NCBI GenBank assembly: GCA_036399915.1
Contig: DASWME010000219.1
Coordinates: forward strand, 343 to 64,342
Source of the DNA: Thermoanaerobaculia bacterium
GTDB lineage: Bacteria; Acidobacteriota; Thermoanaerobaculia; Multivoradales; UBA5704
Length of the DNA stretch: 64,000 nt
Direction: 5' to 3'
In this document: positions 27,921 through 36,035 of the stretch, piece by piece
Layout of the letters: each line of letters starts with the position of its first letter
Position numbering within the stretch: position 1 is the stretch's first letter
Notes under the pieces: model-generated
The model's input: the letters and a program-made list of their open reading frames with translations, nothing else
Databases searched by the model: none
Told to the model about the DNA's origin: nothing
Made by a program: the position numbers and the translations under genes

Positions 27921-29882
27921 ATGCATCGCCATCTTCGCCGATTTCTCAGCACCGCGCTCCTCCTCCTGATCTCGCCGCTCGCACTGTCCGCCGCCTCCGC
28001 GGCTTCCAACGCCGACCCCGAGCCCTCGAAGGGCCCCTTCACGGTCTCCGGCTCGGTGCCAGGCCTGAAGCTCGAGCAGATCGCGAGCAACCTCGGCTCG
28101 GTGACGGGAATCACCAACGCCGGGGACGGCCGGCTGTTCCTGACCTTGCGCGACGGCCGCATCCTCGTCTTCGAGAACGGGAGCGTGCGCTCCCAGCCGT
28201 TCCTCGACATCCGCGGCCAGACCACCACCGATAGCGAGCGCGGCCTGCTCTCCATGGCCTTCCACCCTCGCTACGCCCAGACCGGGTTCTTCTTCATCAA
28301 CTACACCGACACCTCGGGCGACACCGTGATCGCCCGCTACCAGGTCTCCGCGGGCGATCCCAACCGGGCCGATCCGGCGAGCGCGCGGACGCTGATGGTC
28401 ATCGACCAGCCATACTCGAACCACAACGGCGGGCAGATCCAGTTCGGCCCCGACGGCTTCCTCTACATCGGCATGGGCGACGGCGGCGCCGGCTTCGACC
28501 CGGAGTGCCGGGCGCAGAAGACGAGCACGCTTCTCGGCAAGATGCTGCGGATCGACGTGGACCAGAACGTCGCCACGCCCCCCTTCTACGGCATCCCGGC
28601 GAGCAATCCGTTCCGCGGGCCCGGCGACCCGCCGGACGAGGTCTGGGCGAGCGGCTTCCGCAACCCCTGGCGCTTCTCCTTCGACCGCGAGACCGGCGAC
28701 CTCTGGATCGGCGACGTGGGCCAGAATCACCGCGAGGAGATCGACTTCCAGCCGGCCTCCTCGCACGGCGGTGAGAACTACGGCTGGAAGGTCATGGAGG
28801 CGACCCTCTGCTCCACGGCTGACGCCTGTCCGGCCTCGACGCCCCCCTGCAACTCGTCAGCGTTCACCCCGCCCGTCCTCGAGTACGACCACAACCCTCC
28901 ATGCTCGGTAACGGGCGGTTACATCTATCGCGGCAGCCGCTTGGCGCAGCTCCGCGGCGCCTATGTCTTCGGGGATTTCTGCACCGGTGTGGTCTGGGCC
29001 GCCTTCCGCCAGGACGCGGGCTTCACCGTGCGGACGATCCAGGGGACAGCCTCGCAGCTCACGACTTTCGGCGAGGATGCGGCAGGCGAGCTCTACGCGG
29101 CCACTCTGACCGGCACGCTTCTCCGCCTCACCGGGGAATCATCGGGTGGCGGTGGCGCCAAGGCGGAGACCGTGGGGCTCTATGATCCGAAGCCTTCCCT
29201 CTTCCAGTTGAAGACCGCCAACTCGGCCGCGGGCAAGATCCTGGCCGTCCGCTTCGGCCCGCGCCGCAGCGGCTGGACCCCGCTCGCCGGCGATTGGGAC
29301 GGCGACGGCAGGACGACGATAGGCCTCTACAACCCCAAGGCGTCGGTCTTCCATCTCAAGAACTCCCTTCAGGGAGGGGCCGCTGATGTCGTGCTGGCCG
29401 TTCCGGCGCCGTCCTCCAACGTCCTCCCCGTGGCCGGGGACTGGGACGGCGACGGCAAGGACACCGTCGGGCTCTACGACGTCACGACCGGCACCTTCCA
29501 CCTCAAGAACTCGCTGAGCGGCCCCGGCTTCGACCTCACGCTCGCCTTCGGCCAACCGGGCCAGGCGCTGATCCCGCTCGCGGGCGACTGGGACGGCAAC
29601 GGCGCCGACGGCATCGGCCTCTACGATCCCACTGGGTCGGTCTTCACCCTGGCGAACTCCTTCACCGGCGGCGGTCCGGACCTCCAGGTCGCGTTTGGCG
29701 CCCGGGGCTCGCTGCCCGTCGTGGGCGATTGGGATGGCGACGGCCGGGACGGGATCGGGGTCTACGATCCCCGCTCCGCCATCTTCAGCTTGAAGAACGC
29801 CTTGAGTGCCGGGAACCCGGACCTCCGGTTCCGCTTCGGTCCCCGGCGCAACGCCTACAAACCCATCGCGGGGGCATGGTAG
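27921..29882 (+). CDS. secreted PQQ-dependent sugar (glucose/sorbosone) dehydrogenase-like beta-propeller fused to FG-GAP/VCBS-like repeats
   Basis: Signal peptide MHRHLRRFLSTALLLLISPLALSAASA. GLLSMAFHPRYAQTGFFFINYTD, QPYSNHNGGQIQFGPDGFLYIGMGDGG, FRNPWRFSFDRETGDLWIGDVGQNHREEID, GENYGWK. Four C-terminal GDWDG[DN]G...GLY[DN]P...F.LKN units. ATG 27921 follows GGAAGGAG. Confidence 0.8.
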   Translation: MHRHLRRFLSTALLLLISPLALSAASAASNADPEPSKGPFTVSGSVPGLKLEQIASNLGSVTGITNAGDGRLFLTLRDGRILVFENGSVRSQPFLDIRGQTTTDSERGLLSMAFHPRYAQTGFFFINYTDTSGDTVIARYQVSAGDPNRADPASARTLMVIDQPYSNHNGGQIQFGPDGFLYIGMGDGGAGFDPECRAQKTSTLLGKMLRIDVDQNVATPPFYGIPASNPFRGPGDPPDEVWASGFRNPWRFSFDRETGDLWIGDVGQNHREEIDFQPASSHGGENYGWKVMEATLCSTADACPASTPPCNSSAFTPPVLEYDHNPPCSVTGGYIYRGSRLAQLRGAYVFGDFCTGVVWAAFRQDAGFTVRTIQGTASQLTTFGEDAAGELYAATLTGTLLRLTGESSGGGGAKAETVGLYDPKPSLFQLKTANSAAGKILAVRFGPRRSGWTPLAGDWDGDGRTTIGLYNPKASVFHLKNSLQGGAADVVLAVPAPSSNVLPVAGDWDGDGKDTVGLYDVTTGTFHLKNSLSGPGFDLTLAFGQPGQALIPLAGDWDGNGADGIGLYDPTGSVFTLANSFTGGGPDLQVAFGARGSLPVVGDWDGDGRDGIGVYDPRSAIFSLKNALSAGNPDLRFRFGPRRNAYKPIAGAW

Positions 29883-29917
29883 CGGTATAGAATCGCGCCA
29901 CACTTCGAGGAGACCTC

Positions 29918-31636
29918 ATGAAGCCGACGACAGCCCTCGCCCTGGTGCTCCTGGCGCTCTTTCTTCTTTCCGCCCTCATCACCCGCGCCGTCCGCGCCGA
30001 GGAGACGAAGACCTACGACCTCATCCTGCGCGGCGGGACGATCTACGACGGCTCCGGAGGCAAGCCGTTCATGGGCGACGTGGCCGTGAACGGCGACCGC
30101 GTCGCGGCCGTCGGCAACCTGAGCAACGCCCGAGGGAAGACCGAGGTGGACGCGAAAGGGCTCGCGGTCTCCCCCGGCTTCGTGAACATGTTGAGCTGGG
30201 CCACCGAGTCGCTGCTGGTGGACGGGCGCGCCCAGAGCGACATCCGCCAGGGGGTCACCCTCGAGGTCATGGGCGAGGGCGGGTCCATGGGGCCGCTCAA
30301 CGAGGCGATGAAGAAGGAGATGGTCGAGCAGCAGGGCGACATCAAATTCGACGTCACCTGGACCACCCTCGGCGAGTACCTCGACCAACTCGTGGCGCGC
30401 GGCATCGCTCCCAATGTCGCCTCCTTCGTGGGCGCCACCACAATCCGCATCCACGAGGTGGGCTATGCCAACCGGCCGCCCACGCCCGAGGAGCTGGCGC
30501 GGATGCGCAAGCTGGTGGACCAGGCCATGGAAGAGGGGGCCCTGGGCGTGGGCTCCTCGCTGATCTACGCTCCCGCCTTCTACGCTGGCACCGACGAGCT
30601 GGTGGCCCTCTGCGAGGAGGCATCCAGGTACGGCGGCATGTACATCTCCCACATGCGCAGCGAGGGCAACCGCCTGCTGGAAGCCGTCGACGAGCTGCTC
30701 GAGATCTCCCGCCGGGCCAGGCTCCCGGCCGAGATCTACCACCTCAAGGCCGCCGGCCAGCAGAACTGGGGCAAGCTCGACGCCGTCATCAAGAAGGTCG
30801 AGGACGCCCGCGCCTCCGGCCTCAGGATCACCGCCGACATGTACACCTACACCGCCGGCGCCACCGGCCTCGACGCCTCCATGCCTCCCTGGGTCCAGGA
30901 GGGCGGCCTGGAAGCCTGGATCGCCCGCCTGAAAGACCCGGCCATCCGCGAGCGGGTCCAGAAGGAGATGGCGACCCCTACCGACGCCTGGGAGAACTTC
31001 TTCGTCGCCGCGGGCCCGGACAAGATCCTCCTCGTGGCCTTCAAGAACGACAAGCTGAAGCGGCTGACCGGCAAGACCCTGGCCGAGGTGGCGAAGATGC
31101 GCGGCAAGTCGCCCCAGGAGACGGCCATGGACCTGGTGATCGAGGACGACAGCCGGGTCGGCACCGTCTACTTCCTGATGTCCGAGGACAATGTCCGCCG
31201 GCAGGTCGCCCTTCCCTGGCTGAGCTTCGGCTCCGACGCCGAGGCCCCGTCCACCGAGGGCGTCTTTCTCAAGTCCAACCCCCACCCCCGGGCCTATGGC
31301 AACTTCGCTCGCCTCCTTGGCAAGTACGTGCGCGACGAGAAGGTGGTCCCCCTGGAGGAGGCCATCCGCAAGCTCACCTCGCTGCCCGCCTCGAACCTCA
31401 AGGTCCGCGACCGCGGGCTGCTCAAGGAGGGCTACTTCGCGGACGTGGTCGTCTTCGATCCGGCGAAGGTCCAGGACCACGCCACCTTCGACAAGCCGCA
31501 CCAGTACGCGACCGGCGTCAAGCACGTCTTCGTCAACGGCGTTCAGGTGCTCAAGGATAGCGAGCCCACCGGCGCTGCGGCCGGGCGGGTCGTGCGGGGG
31601 CCGGGGTGGAAGGGATGGAAGAACGAGAAGCGCTGA
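29918..31636 (+). CDS. N-acyl-D-amino-acid deacylase (D-aminoacylase) family amidohydrolase, secreted
   Basis: Signal peptide, then YDLILRGGTIYDGSGGKPFMGDVAVNGDRVAAVGNLS...VSPGFVNMLSW...GVTLEVMGEGGSMGP...YISHMRSEG...GYFADVVVFDP.... Confidence 0.8.
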   Translation: MKPTTALALVLLALFLLSALITRAVRAEETKTYDLILRGGTIYDGSGGKPFMGDVAVNGDRVAAVGNLSNARGKTEVDAKGLAVSPGFVNMLSWATESLLVDGRAQSDIRQGVTLEVMGEGGSMGPLNEAMKKEMVEQQGDIKFDVTWTTLGEYLDQLVARGIAPNVASFVGATTIRIHEVGYANRPPTPEELARMRKLVDQAMEEGALGVGSSLIYAPAFYAGTDELVALCEEASRYGGMYISHMRSEGNRLLEAVDELLEISRRARLPAEIYHLKAAGQQNWGKLDAVIKKVEDARASGLRITADMYTYTAGATGLDASMPPWVQEGGLEAWIARLKDPAIRERVQKEMATPTDAWENFFVAAGPDKILLVAFKNDKLKRLTGKTLAEVAKMRGKSPQETAMDLVIEDDSRVGTVYFLMSEDNVRRQVALPWLSFGSDAEAPSTEGVFLKSNPHPRAYGNFARLLGKYVRDEKVVPLEEAIRKLTSLPASNLKVRDRGLLKEGYFADVVVFDPAKVQDHATFDKPHQYATGVKHVFVNGVQVLKDSEPTGAAAGRVVRGPGWKGWKNEKR

Positions 31637-31665
31637 GAAATGGACAGGACATGGAGGCGCGAGAA

Positions 31666-31932
31666 ATGGCGATCCCCTGTACCCACCTGGACCAGATCCG
31701 CGACGTGGAGCCCCACACGCGGGGCTGCGAGGAGTGCCTGAAGACGGGCGACTCCTGGGTCCACCTGCGGCTCTGCCTGACCTGCGGCCACGTCGGCTGC
31801 TGCGATTCCTCGAAGAACAAGCACGCGACGAAGCACTTCCACGCGACGGATCATCCGCTGATCCAGTCCTTCGAACCGGGAGAGGACTGGATCTGGTGCT
31901 ACGTGGATGAAGTGATGATGGAGCCGGGGTGA
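31666..31932 (+). CDS. UBP-type zinc-finger protein
   Basis: MAIPCTHLDQIRDVEPHTRGCEECLKTGDSWVHLRLCLTCGHVGCCDSSKNKHATKHFHATDHPLIQSFEPGEDWIWCYVD. GGAGG lies 8 nt before ATG 31666. An alternative ATG is at 31651. Confidence 0.75.
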   Translation: MAIPCTHLDQIRDVEPHTRGCEECLKTGDSWVHLRLCLTCGHVGCCDSSKNKHATKHFHATDHPLIQSFEPGEDWIWCYVDEVMMEPG

Positions 31933-31939
31933 GGGGGCC

Positions 31940-34822
31940 CTACCGTCCTGACGGCACCCCGCTCACCGTCCGCGCCGTGAGGCCCTTCCTGCCCGCCACC
32001 TCGACCTCGATCCTCCCCCGCCCTTCCGCGGTCTCCCTGGGATAGAACGCCAGCGTGTATTGGCTGCGCAGCTCGGAGAGGATCTGCTGGTAGACGCCGG
32101 AGAGGTCCTGGTCTCGCTCGATGAAGTAGACCTGCCCGCCCCCCGCTTCGGTAAGACGCTGGAACTTGGCCGCGGAGGGCTCGGAGAGAAAGCCGCCGTC
32201 CTCGCCGCGGGCCGCTCGCGGGTTCGCCACGATCAGGTAGATCGGGATGCCGCTCCCGCGGGCGGCGGCGAGACAGGAGGAGAAGGAGAAGCGCTCCCCT
32301 TCGTCGATGCCGTCCGAGTAGACCACCAGGGCCTTGCGGCCGGAGATCCCCCGGAGCTGCGCCAGCGAGAAGGAGATGGCGTTCCAGAGCGCCGTGCCGC
32401 CGTCGGCCGTCAGGGCGCGCAGAGAGGAGGAGACGGCTGCCAGGTCGCGGGTCACGGGCTTGACCAGCCGGGGCTCGGTGTCGAAGTCGATCAGCAGGGC
32501 CCGGTCGCGGTTGGTGAGGCCGCTCTCCAGCAGCGAGGCGACGGCCTTGCGCACGTCCGGGAGCTTCAAGAACATGCTGGCCGAGGAGTCGATGGCGAGC
32601 GCCACGGTGAGCGGCAGCTCGCCGGCGTTCTCGAAGGCCGAGATCTCCTGCTCCCGGCCGTCCTGGCGGAGGCGGAACGCCTCCTTCGGCAGCCCCGGCA
32701 CCGGCTTGCCCGAGGGGTCGGTCACCACCACCGCGAGCTGGACGAGGCGCACGTCGATCCGGTCGCCGATGTCAGAGGCGTTGAGCGCCACCGCGTCCTC
32801 GGCCGTGGAGCCGTCCTCCAGCCGGGCGGCGACTTTCAGGTATCCCACCGGCTGGCCCCGGGGCACCATGACGCGGTGGCGGAAAGGCGGCGCGTAGAGG
32901 GTCCCGGCCAGCTCGTCGTTCCAGAAGAACTCCACCCGCTCGACGCGCTTGCCGGACGGAGCCCGCACGTCCGCTTCCACTTCGACCGGGCCGACGCCCT
33001 TCTTCGCGGCCGGCTCCACGATGCGCACCTGGAACGCCTCGCCCGGGTCGTTGATCCGCACCGAGTCGCGGGCCAGCTCCCTGCCGGCAGCGTCGTAGGC
33101 CACGGCCTGAACGACCTGCGGCCGGATGCGGCGGCCGAGGTCGACCTCGGTTTCGCAGGGGAGCCCCGGGCACGCGCTGGCCGCGCGGTCGCCCGCCTTG
33201 ACCTCGACGCGGGCGATCCCCTCTCCCCCACCGTTGACCTTGAGCCGGACCCTGCCGGCCAGGGCATCCCCGGACGGCGGCACGATCCGCAGTACGGGGC
33301 GGCTGACGGAGAGGGCGTCCGGCTCCGCGGCCTGCCCTGAGAGGGTCACCACCTGGCCTCCCCAGGCCCCGCCGGCGAGCGGCCCGACGAGCACGGCGAC
33401 GGCTTCGGCTTCCTCCGGCAGCGGGACGGAGATTCGATAGGCGCCGGCCTCGGGGCCCGCAAGGTCCGCGGTCAGGAGGCGGTGCGACGCGGCGGCGCTC
33501 CCCGGCCCGGCGACCGTCAGGCGGAAGGGGCCGTGGATGTCCGGGGATTCGATGCGCAGATCGAGCGTCCCCCGCCGCTCGGCGGGGGGAGCCGTGGCGT
33601 CCGGCTGGATCCGGGCCGAGATCTCCAGCCCCCCTCCGTCTTCTTCCCCTTCGAGCAGCCTGCGGGCTCGGGCCGCGGCGACCTCCTCTGGAATGCCCGC
33701 CGCGTCCCACCGCCGCGCCCGCACGCTGAGGTCCGAGCGCTGAGCGCGCACCTCCACGGCGCGGGGCCGTCCGTCCGTCTCCCGGGGCGCCTCGTAGCGT
33801 AGCCAGAAGCGGGAGCGCAGGCGCGCGAGGGCTCCGGCGAGGTTCTGGGCCTGGAGGACGACCTCGCCGCCGGTGGCTTCCGCCAGCCAGGCGAGGGGCT
33901 CATCGGGAGCCAGCAGCGCCGGGAGCGGCGGCGGCTGGTCCTTACCCGGCTCCTTGGGCTTCTTGCGGCCCAGGGGAATGGTGACGCCAATGGGCACCTG
34001 CGGCGTCGAGCTGGGCCGGATCCGCCGCAGGTCCGGGAGATTCGAGTCGCCCACGGGAAGAGGCAGGGCCGTCCAGCCGAGGGCCGCGGCCGTGCGCACC
34101 GTCTCCAGGGCGGTCTTCTCGAGGGCTCCCTCCTGGCGCTGAGAGCCCGGGGCGTAGAACGCCGCAGGGTCGCGGTCGAACCCGTCGCTCACCAGCAGCA
34201 GGGCGCGAGGGCCGTCGCCGGTCTGGGCCAGGAGCCACTCGGCGAAGGCGTCCTGCTGGCGCCGGACGAGCCGCGCCTCGGTCTCGACCGCTTCGGCGGC
34301 CCGCTCGGCCGGGCTCTCCCCCTGCGCCGCAGCCTCCTCGCGGAACCTCTGCCGCAGGACCCGCAGGTCGTCCCGGCCCTCGCCGGAGAGCCACAGGCGG
34401 GAGAGGGCTTCGTCGATCATCTTGACGTCCCGGGTCGCCGGCAGGACCTCCCGCGGCTGGGGCTCCGCCACCACCACCTCGACCGTGCCGAGGGCCGCCA
34501 GCTCGGGCGCCCGCTGGGCGAGGGCGCCAGCCGCCGTCCGCAGGGTGCGCGAGCTGGAGAGGACCCGGTCGACGTAGACGACGATGCGCCAGGGGGGCGA
34601 GACCGGAGCCAGGTCGAGGATACGGCGGGGCTGGCCGTCCTCCAGGACGACGAGGTCTTCCGATTTGATGGCCTGAGGGACCTCGCCCTTGCGGTCGAGG
34701 ATCTGGACGGGGAGCTCGATTCGGGCCAGGGCCGGAGGAGGCGCTGGGAGCGGCGCCTCCGAAGCCGGAGTCTGCGTGGCGAGGAGGACGGCGGACAGGA
34801 GGAGAACCGATGCGGAAATCAC
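31940..34822 (-). CDS. large secreted protein with a C-terminal VWA domain and a degenerate N-terminal VWFA-related module
   Basis: 960 aa with signal peptide MISASVLLLSAVLLATQTPASEA. The C-terminal part reads ...VRLVQLAVVVTDPSGKPVPGLPKEAFRLRQDGREQEISAFE...LTVALAIDSSASM (MIDAS DxSxS)...GGTALWNAI...ALVVYSDGIDE.... The N-terminal part repeats the ...LDRKGEVPQAIKSEDLVVLEDGQPRRI... pattern. Confidence 0.7.
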   Translation of the reverse strand: MISASVLLLSAVLLATQTPASEAPLPAPPPALARIELPVQILDRKGEVPQAIKSEDLVVLEDGQPRRILDLAPVSPPWRIVVYVDRVLSSSRTLRTAAGALAQRAPELAALGTVEVVVAEPQPREVLPATRDVKMIDEALSRLWLSGEGRDDLRVLRQRFREEAAAQGESPAERAAEAVETEARLVRRQQDAFAEWLLAQTGDGPRALLLVSDGFDRDPAAFYAPGSQRQEGALEKTALETVRTAAALGWTALPLPVGDSNLPDLRRIRPSSTPQVPIGVTIPLGRKKPKEPGKDQPPPLPALLAPDEPLAWLAEATGGEVVLQAQNLAGALARLRSRFWLRYEAPRETDGRPRAVEVRAQRSDLSVRARRWDAAGIPEEVAAARARRLLEGEEDGGGLEISARIQPDATAPPAERRGTLDLRIESPDIHGPFRLTVAGPGSAAASHRLLTADLAGPEAGAYRISVPLPEEAEAVAVLVGPLAGGAWGGQVVTLSGQAAEPDALSVSRPVLRIVPPSGDALAGRVRLKVNGGGEGIARVEVKAGDRAASACPGLPCETEVDLGRRIRPQVVQAVAYDAAGRELARDSVRINDPGEAFQVRIVEPAAKKGVGPVEVEADVRAPSGKRVERVEFFWNDELAGTLYAPPFRHRVMVPRGQPVGYLKVAARLEDGSTAEDAVALNASDIGDRIDVRLVQLAVVVTDPSGKPVPGLPKEAFRLRQDGREQEISAFENAGELPLTVALAIDSSASMFLKLPDVRKAVASLLESGLTNRDRALLIDFDTEPRLVKPVTRDLAAVSSSLRALTADGGTALWNAISFSLAQLRGISGRKALVVYSDGIDEGERFSFSSCLAAARGSGIPIYLIVANPRAARGEDGGFLSEPSAAKFQRLTEAGGGQVYFIERDQDLSGVYQQILSELRSQYTLAFYPRETAEGRGRIEVEVAGRKGLTARTVSGVPSGR

Positions 34823-34825
34823 GCC

Positions 34826-35146
34826 TTATTCTACGGCGGAATCGATCCCATCCTTGGCTTTGGCGGTGTCGTTCCTGGCGCTCCGTATCTGGGCATTTAC
34901 GAGTACCAAACCAACGAGAACGACCGCGATCAAGATGTGCGGCGCGAAGGAGAACCACGCTGTCTCGAAAGCCATGATGTAGAGCATCCGAAGTGACAGC
35001 GCTGAGAGAGGCAGCGTAGCCAGCGCGACGAGCAGCAGCCAGAATCTCAGAGGCGCCGGATAGGACCCCAGCTGCAGCTTCAACGTCCACACGATCGCGC
35101 CCATTGCGAGGAGGGCAGGTATCAGGAAGAGGATCGTGTCGAACAT
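34826..35146 (-). CDS. small membrane protein (3 TM), unknown function
   Basis: 106 aa. MFDTILFLIPALLAMGAIVWTL..., LRFWLLLVALATLPLSALSL..., FAPHILIAVVLVGLVLV. Stop lies 3 nt before the VWA gene start. Locally lower GC. Confidence 0.55.
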   Translation of the reverse strand: MFDTILFLIPALLAMGAIVWTLKLQLGSYPAPLRFWLLLVALATLPLSALSLRMLYIMAFETAWFSFAPHILIAVVLVGLVLVNAQIRSARNDTAKAKDGIDSAVE

Positions 35147-35167
35147 ATCGACTCCTGGCCGGTCATT

Positions 35168-35932
35168 TCAGAATCGCGGCTGCGTCGGCGGCACCGGCTC
35201 TCCCCGCAGGTCCGTCACCATCTCCAGCAGCTCCCGGAGGAACGGCCGCAGCAGCGGGAACTGGAACAGCGAGACCAGCCGCAGAACCAGCTTCACCGAG
35301 CGCTCCATCAGGCGGTAGCTCTTGGCGCGCCCTGGCGAGGTATCGTGGATCCAGTAGAGGACGATCCCCATGTGGTAGATCCAGAGGAGGTTCGGCAGCT
35401 CGGCCGCCAGCTCAGCGGTGAGGCGGGTGTCCGCGCCGGTCACCACCTCGGCGAAGAGGTCCGTGGACTGCTGCCGGACCGGCTGCGACTCCTCGCTGAA
35501 GGGATTGAGCGGGCTGGCCGGGTCTGCCGCCGTCTTGAAGAGGACGCCCGCGAACTGGTGATAGGGCATGATCGTGTCGAGCTTGGCCCTCATCACGCCG
35601 AGGAGGCGCTCGCGCAGGCCCCGCTCCCGGTCGAGCACCTCGCGGCTGGCCGCCAGGTGCTCCTCGTGCGTCCGCGCATAGAACGCCTGGATCAGATGCT
35701 CCTTGGATCTGAAGTAATAGTAGGCGTTGCCCACCGCCACCCCCGCCGCCTCGGCGATGGCGCGCATGGTCGTCTCCTCGTAGCCCCGCTCACGGAACAG
35801 CTCGAGGGCGGCCTCGAGGATCTTCGCGCGGGTCTGCTCGCTCTTGCGGGGCTTCTTCGGCGCCTCCTGGAGAGCGGCGGAGGACGTTATAGGTTCTTCC
35901 ATTGCCGCAGGAGCCCGCGGATCGAATCTCAT
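35168..35932 (-). CDS. TetR/AcrR-family transcriptional regulator
   Basis: ...SEQTRAKILEAALELFRERGYEETTMRAIAEAAGVAVGNAYYYFRSKEHLI... (TetR HTH). ATG 35932 is preceded by GAGGAGG. Confidence 0.88.
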   Translation of the reverse strand: MRFDPRAPAAMEEPITSSAALQEAPKKPRKSEQTRAKILEAALELFRERGYEETTMRAIAEAAGVAVGNAYYYFRSKEHLIQAFYARTHEEHLAASREVLDRERGLRERLLGVMRAKLDTIMPYHQFAGVLFKTAADPASPLNPFSEESQPVRQQSTDLFAEVVTGADTRLTAELAAELPNLLWIYHMGIVLYWIHDTSPGRAKSYRLMERSVKLVLRLVSLFQFPLLRPFLRELLEMVTDLRGEPVPPTQPRF

Positions 35933-35961
35933 ACCACCTCCTCGGGAGCGAACGCGTCTAT

Positions 35962-36027
35962 TTGAACGCGTTCAAGAGCAGCGTAGGCGCCGCGGGCGGT
36001 GGTGTCAAGAGGTTTTGAACGGGTTCA
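35962..36027 (-). promoter_or_regulatory. TetR-gene promoter with two palindromic operators
   Basis: Minus strand: TGAACCCGTTCA (36027-36016), TTGACA (36008-36003), a 17-nt spacer, TACGCT (35985-35980), then the perfect 14-bp palindrome TTGAACGCGTTCAA (35975-35962) over the expected transcription start. Confidence 0.55.
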
Positions 36028-36035
36028 GTTTGAGC

